A stretch of 64,000 bases of DNA. Origin: Clostridia bacterium (lineage in GTDB: Bacteria; Bacillota; Clostridia; Christensenellales; Aristaeellaceae). The notes beneath the pieces are model-generated. The model was given only the letters and a program-made list of their open reading frames with translations. It had not been told where the DNA came from and did not search any database. Location: NCBI GenBank assembly GCA_017516765.1, contig JAFXBE010000045.1, positions 25,102 through 89,101 of the forward strand, read 5' to 3'. Position 1 is the first letter of the stretch; each line of letters opens with the position of its first letter. Shown here piece after piece: positions 1-8,874 of this stretch. The position numbers and the translations under genes are program-made.

Positions 1-30
1 TGGGGGACTGCCCTGTCACCAGAACAGAAG

Positions 31-105
31 TGGAGCGGTAGACGAGATTCGAACTCGCGACATCCACCTTGGCAAGGTGGCACTCTACCACTGAGCTACT
101 ACCGC
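31..105 (-). tRNA. tRNA-Gly (anticodon GCC), CCA encoded
   Basis: Reverse complement reads GCGGTAGTAGCTCAGTGGTAGAGTGCCACCTTGCCAAGGTGGATGTCGCGAGTTCGAATCTCGTCTACCGCTCCA. It has a 7-bp acceptor stem (GCGGTAG/CTACCGC), a GTTCGAATC T-arm and anticodon loop TTGCCAA. Confidence 0.93.
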
Positions 106-139
106 ACGTTCCGTATCCTTCTGTTGTGGGGGAGTGAAA

Positions 140-222
140 TGGTGCGGGCGAAGAGACTCGAACTCTTACGCCTTGGGCACTGGAACCTAAATCCAGCGCG
201 TCTGCCATTCCGCCACGCCCGC
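140..222 (-). tRNA. tRNA-Leu (anticodon TAG), long variable arm, CCA encoded
   Basis: Reverse complement reads GCGGGCGTGGCGGAATGGCAGACGCGCTGGATTTAGGTTCCAGTGCCCAAGGCGTAAGAGTTCGAGTCTCTTCGCCCGCACCA. Acceptor is GCGGGCG/CGCCCGC, anticodon stem CTGGA/TCCAG with loop TTTAGGT, and there is a class II variable arm. Confidence 0.92.
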
Positions 223-246
223 AGGGTGACCTTCTGAAAGAAGGGA

Positions 247-322
247 TGGTGACCCATCGGAGGCTCGAACTCCGGACACCTTGATTAAAAGTCAAGTGCT
301 CTGCCTACTGAGCTAATGGGTC
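247..322 (-). tRNA. tRNA-Lys (anticodon TTT), CCA encoded
   Basis: Reverse complement reads GACCCATTAGCTCAGTAGGCAGAGCACTTGACTTTTAATCAAGGTGTCCGGAGTTCGAGCCTCCGATGGGTCACCA. Acceptor is GACCCAT/ATGGGTC and the anticodon loop is CTTTTAA. Confidence 0.92.
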
Positions 323-394
323 ACACCGGGGTGTTACCTCTGCCTGGCATCAGACCCCTTGACGGTGGTCGAGGTTGTTCAAACCACGAGTGAT

Positions 395-423
395 ATAATA
401 GCACGGGTGTTATGGATTGTCAA
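395..423 (-). promoter_or_regulatory. sigma-70-type promoter for the tRNA cluster
   Basis: Minus strand reads TTGACA (418..423), a 17-nt spacer ending in GTGC (TGn extended -10), then TATTAT (395..400). It sits about 70 nt upstream of tRNA-Lys. Confidence 0.6.
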
Positions 424-444
424 GCACTTTTTTCAGAAAAATTT

Positions 445-475
445 GCGCAGGCAGAAAACCGGTGTCTGCCTGCGC
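445..475. terminator. bidirectional stem-loop terminator (downstream of the LysM gene)
   Basis: GCGCAGGCAGA-aaaccggtg-TCTGCCTGCGC, an 11-bp perfect stem. It is flanked by TTTT on the plus side and by AAATTTTT (read on the minus strand) on the other side. Confidence 0.7.
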
Positions 476-486
476 TTTTCAGCATC

Positions 487-975
487 TTACGGCAGACAGA
501 TCACCCTGCCGGGTAAAAAATCGCCGGGGGCAAGGGTGGGGTTGGCTGCCAAAAGCAGGGCAGGGGAGAGACCTTCGGTTTCTACCAGGGTCTCCAGACT
601 TTCACCGACTCCCATGGCGTAGGAGCGGGAACCCTGCGGGCACAGGCGGCGGCTGTAGGCAGGCGGGGCGCAGTAGGGCGTGCCCGGCGGGATCCGGGTG
701 GTCGGCAGGCGGGGGTTCGCCAGCTGCATGGCGCGATAGGATACGTTGTTTTCCAGCAGTAGATCGGTAAATGTCTGTCCGTTGGCAGTCACTTTGGCGG
801 CATAGCCCAGCGGGCAGCGGTATACAATAGACGGGGAACCGCCGCTGCCCGGCAAAGACGGTGTGGGCAGTCCCTCCGGGCCTTCGCCCGGTTGGGCGGG
901 TTGGTTGGTATCGGGCAAGGCAGGCGTTGGCAGATCCGGCGTATCGGGTTGTGCCGGGATATTGATCGATGTCAT
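487..975 (-). CDS. LysM-repeat protein with Pro-rich N-terminus (162 aa)
   Basis: Start chosen at MTSINIP, preceded by AAGGAGAA-N7-ATG. It has two LysM-like segments (YRCPLGYAAKVTANGQTFTDLLLENNVSYRAMQLANP and YAMGVGESLETLVETEGLSPALLLAANP). The longer ORF-track start (1260) overlaps the divergent gene and lacks an RBS. Confidence 0.75.
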   Translation of the reverse strand: MTSINIPAQPDTPDLPTPALPDTNQPAQPGEGPEGLPTPSLPGSGGSPSIVYRCPLGYAAKVTANGQTFTDLLLENNVSYRAMQLANPRLPTTRIPPGTPYCAPPAYSRRLCPQGSRSYAMGVGESLETLVETEGLSPALLLAANPTLAPGDFLPGRVICLP

Positions 976-1050
976 GCTGTTGTTCTCCTTTATCCGTGTT
1001 GGGGATCGATCCCCATGCCCAGTGTATGCGGAAGCGCAGCCGGTGTGCAT

Positions 1051-1080
1051 TTGACGCTGCTCTGCCGCCCGTGCTATAGT
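1051..1080 (+). promoter_or_regulatory. sigma-70-type promoter
   Basis: TTGACG (1051..1056), 18-nt spacer ending GTGC, TATAGT (1075..1080). This is followed by GGAGG and the ATG at 1102. Confidence 0.55.
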
Positions 1081-1101
1081 AACCTTGGAGGCGACAGCAA
1101 T

Positions 1102-1650
1102 ATGAACATTCAACCTTTGCTTCAGGATATCACCGATCAGTTGAAGGAAGCCCAGATCAAGCTGGGCTTTGCTCCCAGTACGGTCAAGCTGTACTATACC
1201 ACCGCAGCCCTTTCTGCACTGACGGGCGTTGAAGGCCGCACCACCGAAGAGACGGCACAAGCCTTGTCCGCTCTGACCGAAGCATCATCCTCCGGGCTGG
1301 GTGCATTGCAGATCCTTCCTCACGGCGAGCGGGTGGAGATCACCATTCCCCGGGAGGGGGTGCGCTATGTGCATGAGCAGGTGGAGGCATCCCCCTTCCT
1401 GCTTGGGCTGATCGGCATGTTTGCAGGGCATCACCATGCCACCATGCAGGACGTGACCGCTCTTTTCGAAAGCCAGAACGCACCGTTTATCCGCCGGGAT
1501 ATGCCCGAGGGTTCCGAATTTGACCATGTTCTGTATTTCCCCGGCGGCAAGCCCGACGGGTATTGCTATTTCTTCAAGGAGGAGATGGGACATCTCAGTT
1601 ACCACCGCTTCCGCCCGGAGGATGCCCGTCATCTGCTAGGCGATAACTGA
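1102..1650 (+). CDS. DUF3877-like conserved Clostridia protein (182 aa)
   Basis: GGAGG lies 10 nt upstream of ATG 1102. The sequence MNIQPLLQDITDQLKEAQIKLGF...HHHATMQDV...YFFKEEMGHLSYHRF resembles the DUF3877 family from memory. No catalytic motif was recognised. Confidence 0.6.
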   Translation: MNIQPLLQDITDQLKEAQIKLGFAPSTVKLYYTTAALSALTGVEGRTTEETAQALSALTEASSSGLGALQILPHGERVEITIPREGVRYVHEQVEASPFLLGLIGMFAGHHHATMQDVTALFESQNAPFIRRDMPEGSEFDHVLYFPGGKPDGYCYFFKEEMGHLSYHRFRPEDARHLLGDN

Positions 1651-1657
1651 ACACAAA

Positions 1658-1699
1658 AACCGCCGCTTGCTTCCCGATAAAGGGATGCAGGCGGCGGTT
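1658..1699. terminator. stem-loop terminator between convergent genes
   Basis: AACCGCCGCTTGC...GCAGGCGGCGGTT stem. There is a T-run (TTTTTGTGT) after the stem on the minus strand. Confidence 0.65.
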
Positions 1700-1721
1700 C
1701 CAATAGGCCGGGGAATGGGCA

Positions 1722-1973
1722 TCAGCCCTGCAGACCGGCTTCCTGACGCTCCATGTTCTCCACAACAACGTCGTAGATTTCGCCCAGAGAAGCGCAGTAC
1801 TCCAGCAACTGCCAGGGCTCGTTGGTGTGGAAGTGGATCTTGATCAGGTCTTCATCGCCCACGGCCAGCAGGCAGTCGCCCTTCAGGTTGGCGGTGATGT
1901 AATCGTTGATGGCATCCTCGTCCAGATTAGTGCCCTCGATCAAAAGCTGGGTATCGAATTTAAACTCAAGCAT
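1722..1973 (-). CDS. small stand-alone domain resembling the C-terminal part of DAK2-fusion protein YloV (83 aa)
   Basis: Pattern GDCLLAVGDEDLIKIHFHTNEPWQLLEYC...GEIYDVVVENMERQ matches the GDS-vvv...kvHvHTn.P...ieNM..Q pattern of YloV-type proteins, recalled from memory. Confidence 0.5.
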   Translation of the reverse strand: MLEFKFDTQLLIEGTNLDEDAINDYITANLKGDCLLAVGDEDLIKIHFHTNEPWQLLEYCASLGEIYDVVVENMERQEAGLQG

Positions 1974-2087
1974 GGCGGTTCTCCTTATCTTTCATAGCGG
2001 TGGGGTACGCTTAACGCAGGTATCATTATAGCCGATTGGGATGAATGTGGCAACTGCCGGTCTGCTTTCCCTTTGTTTCTGTGGGGT

Positions 2088-3020
2088 TCAGTCTTCCATC
2101 ATGGGAGTGGAGAGGTATCTTTCGCCCGTATCCGGCAGAAGAGCGACGATGGTCTTTCCCTCATATTCCGGCAGCTTGGCCAGCCCGATGGCGGCATGCA
2201 GCGCTGCGCCGGAGGAAATGCCCACCAGCAGCCCTTCGGTGCGTCCCAGCATGCGGGCGGCACTGTAGGCTTCCTTTTCGGTTACCGTTACCACCTGATC
2301 GTATACGCTCCTGTCCAGCACGGAGGGAATAAAGTTGGCGCCGATGCCCTGCAGCCCATGCGCCCCTGCCTTGCCTCCGCTCAGCAGGGGAGAGGAAGCG
2401 GGCTCCACTGCCACCACTTTGATGGAGGGATTCTGCTCTTTCAGGAACTGTCCGGTGCCGGTAATGGTGCCGCCGGTGCCCACGCCCGCCACAAAGCAAT
2501 CCACCTCGCCGTCGGTATCCGCCCAGATCTCTGGGCCGGTGGTCATATAATGGGCTTTGGGGTTGGCGGGGTTATCGAATTGCCCCATCACCATGCTGCC
2601 GGGGTACTGCCGGGCAAGCTCCTCTGCTTTTTCGATGGAGCCCTGCATGCCCTTTGCGCCCTCGGTAAGCACCAGCTCTGCGCCGTAGGCTTTCATCAGC
2701 AGGCGGCGCTCCATGGACATGGTATCCGGCATTACGATGATCACCCGGTAGCCCCGGGCTGCACCCACCGCTGCCAAACCGATGCCTGTGTTGCCGCTGG
2801 TGGGCTCAATGATTACCGAGCCGGGGGCGATGAGCCCCTTTTCTTCGGCATCGTCCAGCATGGAAAGGGCCACACGATCTTTGGCGGAACCGCCGGGGTT
2901 GAAGCATTCCAGCTTTGCCAGAATGCGTGCTTTCAAACCAAATTCCTTCTCAGCATTGCACAGCTCCACCAGCGGGGTGCGCCCGATCAGCTGCTGGGCA
3001 GAGGTATAGACAGGTGCCAT
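2088..3020 (-). CDS. cysK: cysteine synthase A (O-acetylserine sulfhydrylase), PLP-dependent (310 aa)
   Basis: Carries the PLP-lysine motif [11 protein letters not shown], plus [10 protein letters not shown] and GTGGTITG. Start at [13 protein letters not shown] is preceded by AAGGAGG. Confidence 0.93.
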   Translation of the reverse strand: MAPVYTSAQQLIGRTPLVELCNAEKEFGLKARILAKLECFNPGGSAKDRVALSMLDDAEEKGLIAPGSVIIEPTSGNTGIGLAAVGAARGYRVIIVMPDTMSMERRLLMKAYGAELVLTEGAKGMQGSIEKAEELARQYPGSMVMGQFDNPANPKAHYMTTGPEIWADTDGEVDCFVAGVGTGGTITGTGQFLKEQNPSIKVVAVEPASSPLLSGGKAGAHGLQGIGANFIPSVLDRSVYDQVVTVTEKEAYSAARMLGRTEGLLVGISSGAALHAAIGLAKLPEYEGKTIVALLPDTGERYLSTPMMED

Positions 3021-3054
3021 AAGCAAACCTCCTTGGGGTCTTGTATACACTCCG

Positions 3055-3083
3055 ATGGTAGCACAGCAGGGATGGCTACGCAA
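3055..3083 (-). promoter_or_regulatory. sigma-70-type promoter for cysK
   Basis: Minus strand reads TTGCGT (3078..3083), a 17-nt spacer ending GTGC, then TACCAT (3055..3060). A TGTATACA palindrome (3042..3049) lies between the -10 and the RBS. Confidence 0.45.
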
Positions 3084-3161
3084 GGCTTTTCTTTGTACCG
3101 GGGTGTGCTATAATACGATTGAGGCATGCGGAACACCATCGCAAAAGGAGGAAAACCGAAC

Positions 3162-4175
3162 GTGAAACAATTCTGGGAAACGCTCTGCGGGGAATGGCAG
3201 CTCGGCGCGCCCACCCGGACGCCACAGCCTGTATCCGGGGGCTATATGCACAAAATGTACCGGTTGGATACTCCCTGTGGCTGCTATGCCGTAAAGCTGC
3301 TGAACCCGGAGGTGATGAGCCGCCCCACGGCGCTTGCCAACTACCGGAAGGCCGAAATGCTGGAATGTGTTCTGGAGGAAAACGGTCTGCCCATTGTGGC
3401 GGCGTTGTGCAGGGATGGGCGGAAGATGCACCGGATTGGGGAGCAGTATTATTATCTTTTTCCCTGGGTGCCGTATCAAGTCCTGCCGGAGACCGCTGTT
3501 ACCCCGGAACATTGCGCGGTCATCGGCGGTCTGCTGGCGCAGATGCACAGCTTGCCGTGCGGGGAAATTGCCATCGCTGCGCAACAGCCGCAAGCCTTCA
3601 CATTCGACTGGGAAACCATCGCAAAGGACATACAGCGGGAATGTAGCACATCGGAGACAACGCTCGCAGAGACCCTTTCAGCGCATCTGGAGCTGCTGAA
3701 TACGGCACAGAACGCGTACCGCCGTGCCGTGGAAGCCCTGCCGCCTCTCATGGGCATCTGCAATGCGGATATGGATGCCAAAAATGTACTCTGGCAGGAA
3801 AACGAACCGTTGATCATCGATCTTGAGTGCCTTGAGATCGGAAATCCGGTGAATGATCTGGTGCAGCTCTCCCTCAGCTGGTCAGGTGGTGCGTCGGGTA
3901 TGATCGACGAAAGGTGTCTTTCGGCTTTCCTTGCGGCATATCGAAAAATCCATCCCCTGCCGTCTCTTGACTGGGATGCCGTCAGCGGGCTGGGCTTTTC
4001 GTGGCTGGACTGGCTGCATTACAATCTGCGCAGGGCATGCGGCCGGACGGTGGATACACAGGAGGAACGCAGCCTCGGGATTCGGCAGGCACAGGAAACG
4101 CTGGAGAAAATCCGGCGCTATGCCGGGGTGCAGAGCCGAACGGCTGCGCAGTTCCGACAGTTCATGCATAAGTGA
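3162..4175 (+). CDS. phosphotransferase-family (APH / choline-kinase-like) protein kinase fold (337 aa)
   Basis: Brenner-like motif CNADMDAKNVLW plus a downstream IIDLE, and a nucleotide-site-like YAVKLL. GTG at 3162 is preferred (AAAGGAGGA 10 nt upstream); ATG 3126 is the alternative. Confidence 0.7.
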   Translation: MKQFWETLCGEWQLGAPTRTPQPVSGGYMHKMYRLDTPCGCYAVKLLNPEVMSRPTALANYRKAEMLECVLEENGLPIVAALCRDGRKMHRIGEQYYYLFPWVPYQVLPETAVTPEHCAVIGGLLAQMHSLPCGEIAIAAQQPQAFTFDWETIAKDIQRECSTSETTLAETLSAHLELLNTAQNAYRRAVEALPPLMGICNADMDAKNVLWQENEPLIIDLECLEIGNPVNDLVQLSLSWSGGASGMIDERCLSAFLAAYRKIHPLPSLDWDAVSGLGFSWLDWLHYNLRRACGRTVDTQEERSLGIRQAQETLEKIRRYAGVQSRTAAQFRQFMHK

Positions 4176-4382
4176 AACTGCCAACACAAATATGAACAAA
4201 CCATGAATTCCTCTGCCTCCACCGGAGTCGGAAAGGAGAAAAGATAAGCATACCGCCATTTTTGTCCTGTCGGCGGTGTGCTTTTTGATGGTTGTCAAAG
4301 GAAAAAAAGCTCGTATAATAGAAACGTTGGATATATGAAAATACACAAACATGCCCGGTTAAAGGGCAGGAAAGGAAAAACA

Positions 4383-6122
4383 ATGATCAAACGATTGCTG
4401 AACTGTGTGCGTGAATTCAAAACGCCCACGATCCTGACGCTGATCTTTATCGTCTGCGAAGTGATCATCGAGACCTTCATCCCGTATATCACAGCCAATC
4501 TGGTCAACCAGATCAAAGCGGGTGTGGAGATCTCCCAGCTGGTGAAGATGGGTCTGCTGGTGTTTGCCATGGCATGCCTGTCTCTTTGCTGCGGCGGCTT
4601 GGCGGCGTATACCTGCGCCAAGGCGTCTGCCGGTTTTGCCCGTAATGTGCGCCACGATGTGTTCCACAAGGTGCAGTCCTATTCCTTCGAAAACATCGAT
4701 AAGTTCTCCTCGTCTTCTCTCGTTACCCGTATGACCACCGATGTGGGCAACGTGCAGATGGCGTTTATGATGCTGATCCGCATCGCCGTGCGCAGCCCGC
4801 TGATGCTGGTGTTTTCCGTGATCATGGCCTTCCGCATGGGCGGCATGATGGCCATGTCCTTCGTGGTGATCGTACCGGTGCTGGTATGCGGTCTGTGGCT
4901 CATCAGCCGCAAGGCCATGCCCGCCTTCCGCAGCGTGTTCCGCAAGTATGACAAGCTGAACGAGACCATCGAAGAGAACATTCGCGGTATGCGCGTGGTC
5001 AAGGGCTTCTCCCGCGAGGAGCACGAGAAGGAAAAGTTCGAAGCCGCCGCCGGGGATATCTGTGCCGACTTTACCCATGCCGAGCGCATCGTTGCCCTCA
5101 ACAGCCCGCTGATGCAGCTGTGTCTTTACGGTAACATGATCTTTGTGCTGCTGATGGGCTCCCGACTCATCATTACCGGGCAGGCGGGGATCGATGTGGG
5201 TCAGCTTTCCGCCATGCTCACCTACGGCATGCAGATTCTCATGTCCCTGATGAGCCTGAGCATGATCTATGTCATGCTCACCATCTCCTCCGAGTCCATC
5301 AAGCGCGTGGGCGAGGTGCTGGAGGAGACCCCAGCCCTTTCCAGCCCCGAGAATGCCGTTACCGAGGTAAAGGACGGCTCCGTCTGCTTTACCGATGTGA
5401 ACTTCAAATATTCCGCAAAGGCAAAGAAATTTGCTCTGTGGGATATCGACCTGACCATCCCCTCCGGGGCAACGGTGGGTATCATCGGCGGTACGGGCTC
5501 CAGTAAATCCACCCTCGTACAGCTGATCCCCCGCCTGTACGATGTTACCGAGGGCAGCGTGCAGGTGGGCGGCGTGGATGTGCGCCGCTACGACCTGAAT
5601 GCTCTGCGCGGCGCGGTGGCCATGGTGCTGCAGAAGAACCAGCTGTTCTCCGGCACCATCAAGGAAAACCTGCGCTGGGGCAACCCCGACGCCACCGACG
5701 AGGAACTGGTGGAGGCCTGCAAGCTGGCGCAAGCGGATGAATTCATCACCTCCTTCCCCGATGGCTACGATACCATGATCGAGCAGGGCGGCACCAACGT
5801 ATCCGGCGGGCAGAAACAGCGTCTGTGCATCGCCCGTGCGCTGGTCAAGAAGCCCAAGATCCTGATTCTGGACGACTCCACCAGCGCCGTGGATACCCGC
5901 ACCGATGCGCTGATCCGGGCAGGCTTCAAGACCTATATTCCCGAGACCACCAAGATCATCATTGCCCAGCGAATCGCTTCTGTGATGGATGCGGATATGA
6001 TCCTGGTGATGGATAACGGCCGCATCGAAAACGTGGGCACCCACGACGAGCTGATGCAGACCAGCCCGATCTATCGCGAGGTCTATGAGCAGCAGGTAAA
6101 GGGAGGTGAGGACGATGAGTAA
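4383..6122 (+). CDS. ABC exporter-type fused permease/ATPase, subunit 1 of heterodimer (579 aa)
   Basis: N-terminal six-TM domain, Walker A GGTGSSKST, signature VSGGQKQR, Walker B ILILDDSTS. Confidence 0.9.
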   Translation: MIKRLLNCVREFKTPTILTLIFIVCEVIIETFIPYITANLVNQIKAGVEISQLVKMGLLVFAMACLSLCCGGLAAYTCAKASAGFARNVRHDVFHKVQSYSFENIDKFSSSSLVTRMTTDVGNVQMAFMMLIRIAVRSPLMLVFSVIMAFRMGGMMAMSFVVIVPVLVCGLWLISRKAMPAFRSVFRKYDKLNETIEENIRGMRVVKGFSREEHEKEKFEAAAGDICADFTHAERIVALNSPLMQLCLYGNMIFVLLMGSRLIITGQAGIDVGQLSAMLTYGMQILMSLMSLSMIYVMLTISSESIKRVGEVLEETPALSSPENAVTEVKDGSVCFTDVNFKYSAKAKKFALWDIDLTIPSGATVGIIGGTGSSKSTLVQLIPRLYDVTEGSVQVGGVDVRRYDLNALRGAVAMVLQKNQLFSGTIKENLRWGNPDATDEELVEACKLAQADEFITSFPDGYDTMIEQGGTNVSGGQKQRLCIARALVKKPKILILDDSTSAVDTRTDALIRAGFKTYIPETTKIIIAQRIASVMDADMILVMDNGRIENVGTHDELMQTSPIYREVYEQQVKGGEDDE

Positions 6123-8049
6123 GGCTCCCATGAAGGGCGGCGCAAAGGGCCCCATGCCCGGCGGCCGCAGGATCGACGGCAGCATGCTCAAGCGCGTCCT
6201 CAAGATGCTCTTTGAGTTCTACCCCGTGCTTGCCCCTGTTGCGATCGTGTGCATCCTTATTTCTGCCGCAGCCTCTGCGCTGCCGCCCATTTTTATGCAG
6301 CAGGTGATCGCAGCCATCGAGACCTGGCAGCAGAGCGGCGACTGGGCCGGTGCCTCGCAGGTGATCGTGCCCAAGGTAGTGCTGCTGGGCGGTCTGTACT
6401 GCTTTTCCATCGTTGCCGTGATCACCCAGACCCAGCTGATGGCGGTGATCACCCAAGGCTTCCTGAGCAAGATGCGCTGCCGCATGTTCGACGGCATGCA
6501 GAACCTGCCCATCAAGTATTTCGATACCCATAAGCACGGCGATATCATGAGCCACTATACCAACGATATAGACACCCTGCGCCAGCTGATCTCCCAGTCC
6601 CTGCCGTCTGTGATCCAGTCCGGCGCGGTGATCCTGTGCGTGCTGGGCATCATGCTGTCCTTCAGCGTATGGATGACGCTGGTGGTGCTGGCGGGCGTGT
6701 TTACCATGATGCTGGTCTCCGGCAAGATCGGCGGCGGCTCTGCCAAGTACTTTATCCGTCAGCAGAAGGCCATGGGACGCACCGAGGGCTTCGTTCAGGA
6801 AATGATGAACGGGCAGAAGGTGGTCAAGGTGTTCTGCCACGAGGAGCAGAGTAAGGCAGATTTCGACAGGATCAACGATGCCCTCTACGAGGACAGCTTC
6901 CGTGCCCATGCCTATGCCAATATGCTGGGGCCCATCATCTCCAACATCGGCAATGTGCTCTATGCGCTGGTGGCGCTGGCGGGCGGCGTGTTCCTGCTGA
7001 CCGGGGCGCAGAACCTGAGCCTGTCCGGCATGGCGTTTTCCATCAGCATCGTTATCCCCTTCCTGAACATGACCAAGCAGTTTACCGGCAATGTGAACGG
7101 TCTGTCCCAGCAGATCAACTCCATCGTAATGGGTCTGGCAGGTGCAGGGCGCATCCTCGGGCTGATGGATGAACAGCCCGAGGCCGACGATGGCTATGTA
7201 ACGCTGGTCAATGCCAGTGTGGGGGAGGACGGCACCATCACCGAGTCGGCGGAGCGCACCGGCACCTGGGCATGGAAGCATCCCCACGGCGACGGCACCA
7301 TCACCTACACCCTGCTCAGCGGCGATGTGCGCCTCAATCAGGTGGACTTCGGCTATGTGGAGGATAAGCAGGTGCTCTACGATGTATCCGTCTACGCAGA
7401 GCCGGGACAGAAGGTGGCGTTTGTGGGCGCAACGGGCGCAGGCAAGACCACCATCACCAACCTGATCAACCGCTTCTACGATATTGCCGACGGCAAGATC
7501 CGCTACGACGGCATCAACATCAATAAGATCAAGAAGGACGATCTGCGCCGCTCGCTGGGCATCGTTCTGCAGGAGACCAATCTGTTCAGCGGTACGGTAA
7601 TGGAGAACATCCGCTACGGGCGGCTGGATGCCACCGACGAGGAGTGCATCGAGGCGGCAAAACTGGCGGGTGCGGACGATTTTATCACCCGTCTGCCCGG
7701 CGGTTACGATACCGAGCTGACCAACAACGGCGCAAATCTGTCTCAGGGTCAGCGGCAGCTGATCGCCATTGCCCGTGCAGCGGTTGCAGATCCCCCGGTC
7801 ATGATCCTCGACGAGGCCACCTCCTCTATCGATACCCGCACCGAAGCCATTGTGCAGCGGGGCATGGATAAGCTGATGGAGGGACGCACCGTGTTCGTGA
7901 TTGCCCACCGCCTTTCCACCGTTATGAACAGCGATGTGATCATGGTGCTGGAGAAGGGGCGCATCATCGAGCGGGGCAGCCACGACGAGCTGATCGCCAT
8001 GAAGGGTACCTATTACCAGCTCTATACCGGCGCATTTGAATTGGAGTAA
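6115..8049 (+). CDS. ABC exporter-type fused permease/ATPase, subunit 2 of heterodimer (644 aa)
   Basis: Walker A GATGAGKTT, signature LSQGQRQL, Walker B VMILDEATS. Its start overlaps the upstream stop by 8 nt (GGGAGGTGAGG upstream). Confidence 0.9.
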   Translation: MSKAPMKGGAKGPMPGGRRIDGSMLKRVLKMLFEFYPVLAPVAIVCILISAAASALPPIFMQQVIAAIETWQQSGDWAGASQVIVPKVVLLGGLYCFSIVAVITQTQLMAVITQGFLSKMRCRMFDGMQNLPIKYFDTHKHGDIMSHYTNDIDTLRQLISQSLPSVIQSGAVILCVLGIMLSFSVWMTLVVLAGVFTMMLVSGKIGGGSAKYFIRQQKAMGRTEGFVQEMMNGQKVVKVFCHEEQSKADFDRINDALYEDSFRAHAYANMLGPIISNIGNVLYALVALAGGVFLLTGAQNLSLSGMAFSISIVIPFLNMTKQFTGNVNGLSQQINSIVMGLAGAGRILGLMDEQPEADDGYVTLVNASVGEDGTITESAERTGTWAWKHPHGDGTITYTLLSGDVRLNQVDFGYVEDKQVLYDVSVYAEPGQKVAFVGATGAGKTTITNLINRFYDIADGKIRYDGININKIKKDDLRRSLGIVLQETNLFSGTVMENIRYGRLDATDEECIEAAKLAGADDFITRLPGGYDTELTNNGANLSQGQRQLIAIARAAVADPPVMILDEATSSIDTRTEAIVQRGMDKLMEGRTVFVIAHRLSTVMNSDVIMVLEKGRIIERGSHDELIAMKGTYYQLYTGAFELE

Positions 8050-8057
8050 AATAGTGA

Positions 8058-8082
8058 AAGGGGCAGGAAAAACCTGCCCCTT
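8058..8082 (+). terminator. stem-loop after the ABC pair
   Basis: AAGGGGCAGG-aaaaa-CCTGCCCCTT perfect 10-bp stem, with a weak T-tail. Confidence 0.55.
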
Positions 8083-8135
8083 GTCGTATTCTGTCATCAT
8101 ACCTTTTGATCCCCGGCACAAAGGAGTTGTAAGCG

Positions 8136-8222
8136 ATGGGTCTGATTCTGCTTCTGTTTGTTTTCCTTCCCCCGATCATCATTATCGTCTGTGACAGGAT
8201 TTTCAGCCGGATGGACCGGTAA
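8136..8222 (+). CDS. candidate 28-aa hydrophobic peptide (MGLILLLFVFLPPIIIIVCDRIFSRMDR)
   Basis: AAAGGAG lies 9 nt upstream of the ATG. It encodes a single predicted TM helix followed by a basic tail. It is below the ORF-track size cutoff and there is no homology evidence. Confidence 0.25.
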   Translation: MGLILLLFVFLPPIIIIVCDRIFSRMDR

Positions 8223-8243
8223 GGGAAGGCAAGATCTGCCTGT

Positions 8244-8684
8244 CTACCGCTTGCGGTATACCAGCAGTTCGCCTTCCCTGCTTCCATCTCCACACAGGCT
8301 TACCAGCAGGAAGTCCATATCCGCCACAACGGAAAAGAAGCTGCTTTCGTCGAACAGGCAGGGCAGGTAGCAGGTCAGGTATACGGCATCGTCCTTCAGC
8401 AGGGTCACCCGTGAACCGCCGGGCAGCCGGTACGCCATGTTGACGAAACGCCCGTTCGTCGGTTGCAGTTTTTGCACCGGGGGCATACCGGGCACATCCA
8501 GCCTGTTCACTTCTGTAGCCAGCTGGTTTTTGAAGGCTTCAAACGCTTCTTTGCCGCCTGTTTTGATATACCGGGCGGCAAAACATGGTTTTCCGAATGG
8601 GTTTCCGTCAGCGGCAGCGCAGCCGCCGCAAAGAACACGAAGTCCGCAGCAGGGACAGTTGTTTCCACAGATGGAAAGTTCCAT
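8244..8684 (-). CDS. DUF3795-like Cys-rich protein (146 aa)
   Basis: Start MELSICGNNCPCCGLRVLCGGC is preceded by AAAGGAGGAA. The Cys cluster is typical of DUF3795, recalled from memory. Confidence 0.6.
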   Translation of the reverse strand: MELSICGNNCPCCGLRVLCGGCAAADGNPFGKPCFAARYIKTGGKEAFEAFKNQLATEVNRLDVPGMPPVQKLQPTNGRFVNMAYRLPGGSRVTLLKDDAVYLTCYLPCLFDESSFFSVVADMDFLLVSLCGDGSREGELLVYRKR

Positions 8685-8860
8685 TGGTGTTCCTCCTTTA
8701 TGATTCGCGTGTATACGGCACAAAACCGCCGCATATAAGGGATACACCCATCAAAAGCTCATTACAAGACTTGAAAAAATGCCTGAAATGTGGTAATATA
8801 ACCCTATCGGAGAAAGCAATTTCTCCGTTTTTTGTTTGTGAAAAGATAAACGCATCTGCA

Positions 8861-8874
8861 ACTTGTATACAAGT
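8861..8874. promoter_or_regulatory. GntR-family operator (perfect 14-bp palindrome ACTTGTATACAAGT)
   Basis: The palindrome is perfect and abuts the -35 of the uxuA promoter. It fits the GntR/FadR-type consensus (GT-N-AC core), and as far as I recall the B. subtilis gnt operator has the same core. A GntR regulator is encoded in the operon. Confidence 0.7.

Noticed and set aside
1-400. The tRNA cluster at the window edge as a possible integration site for a genomic island.
   Set aside because: No integrase, recombinase, transposase or phage genes, and no direct repeat of a tRNA 3' end, were seen in the adjacent sequence. The neighbouring genes look like ordinary core genes.
359-1260. Track ORFs 359..622, 417..770 and 863..1054, and the 257-aa version of 487..1260.
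   Set aside because: They overlap the tRNA promoter/terminator region or are antisense to, or N-terminal read-through of, the LysM gene. There is no SD, and the composition is arginine/glycine-rich as is typical of off-frame GC-rich sequence.
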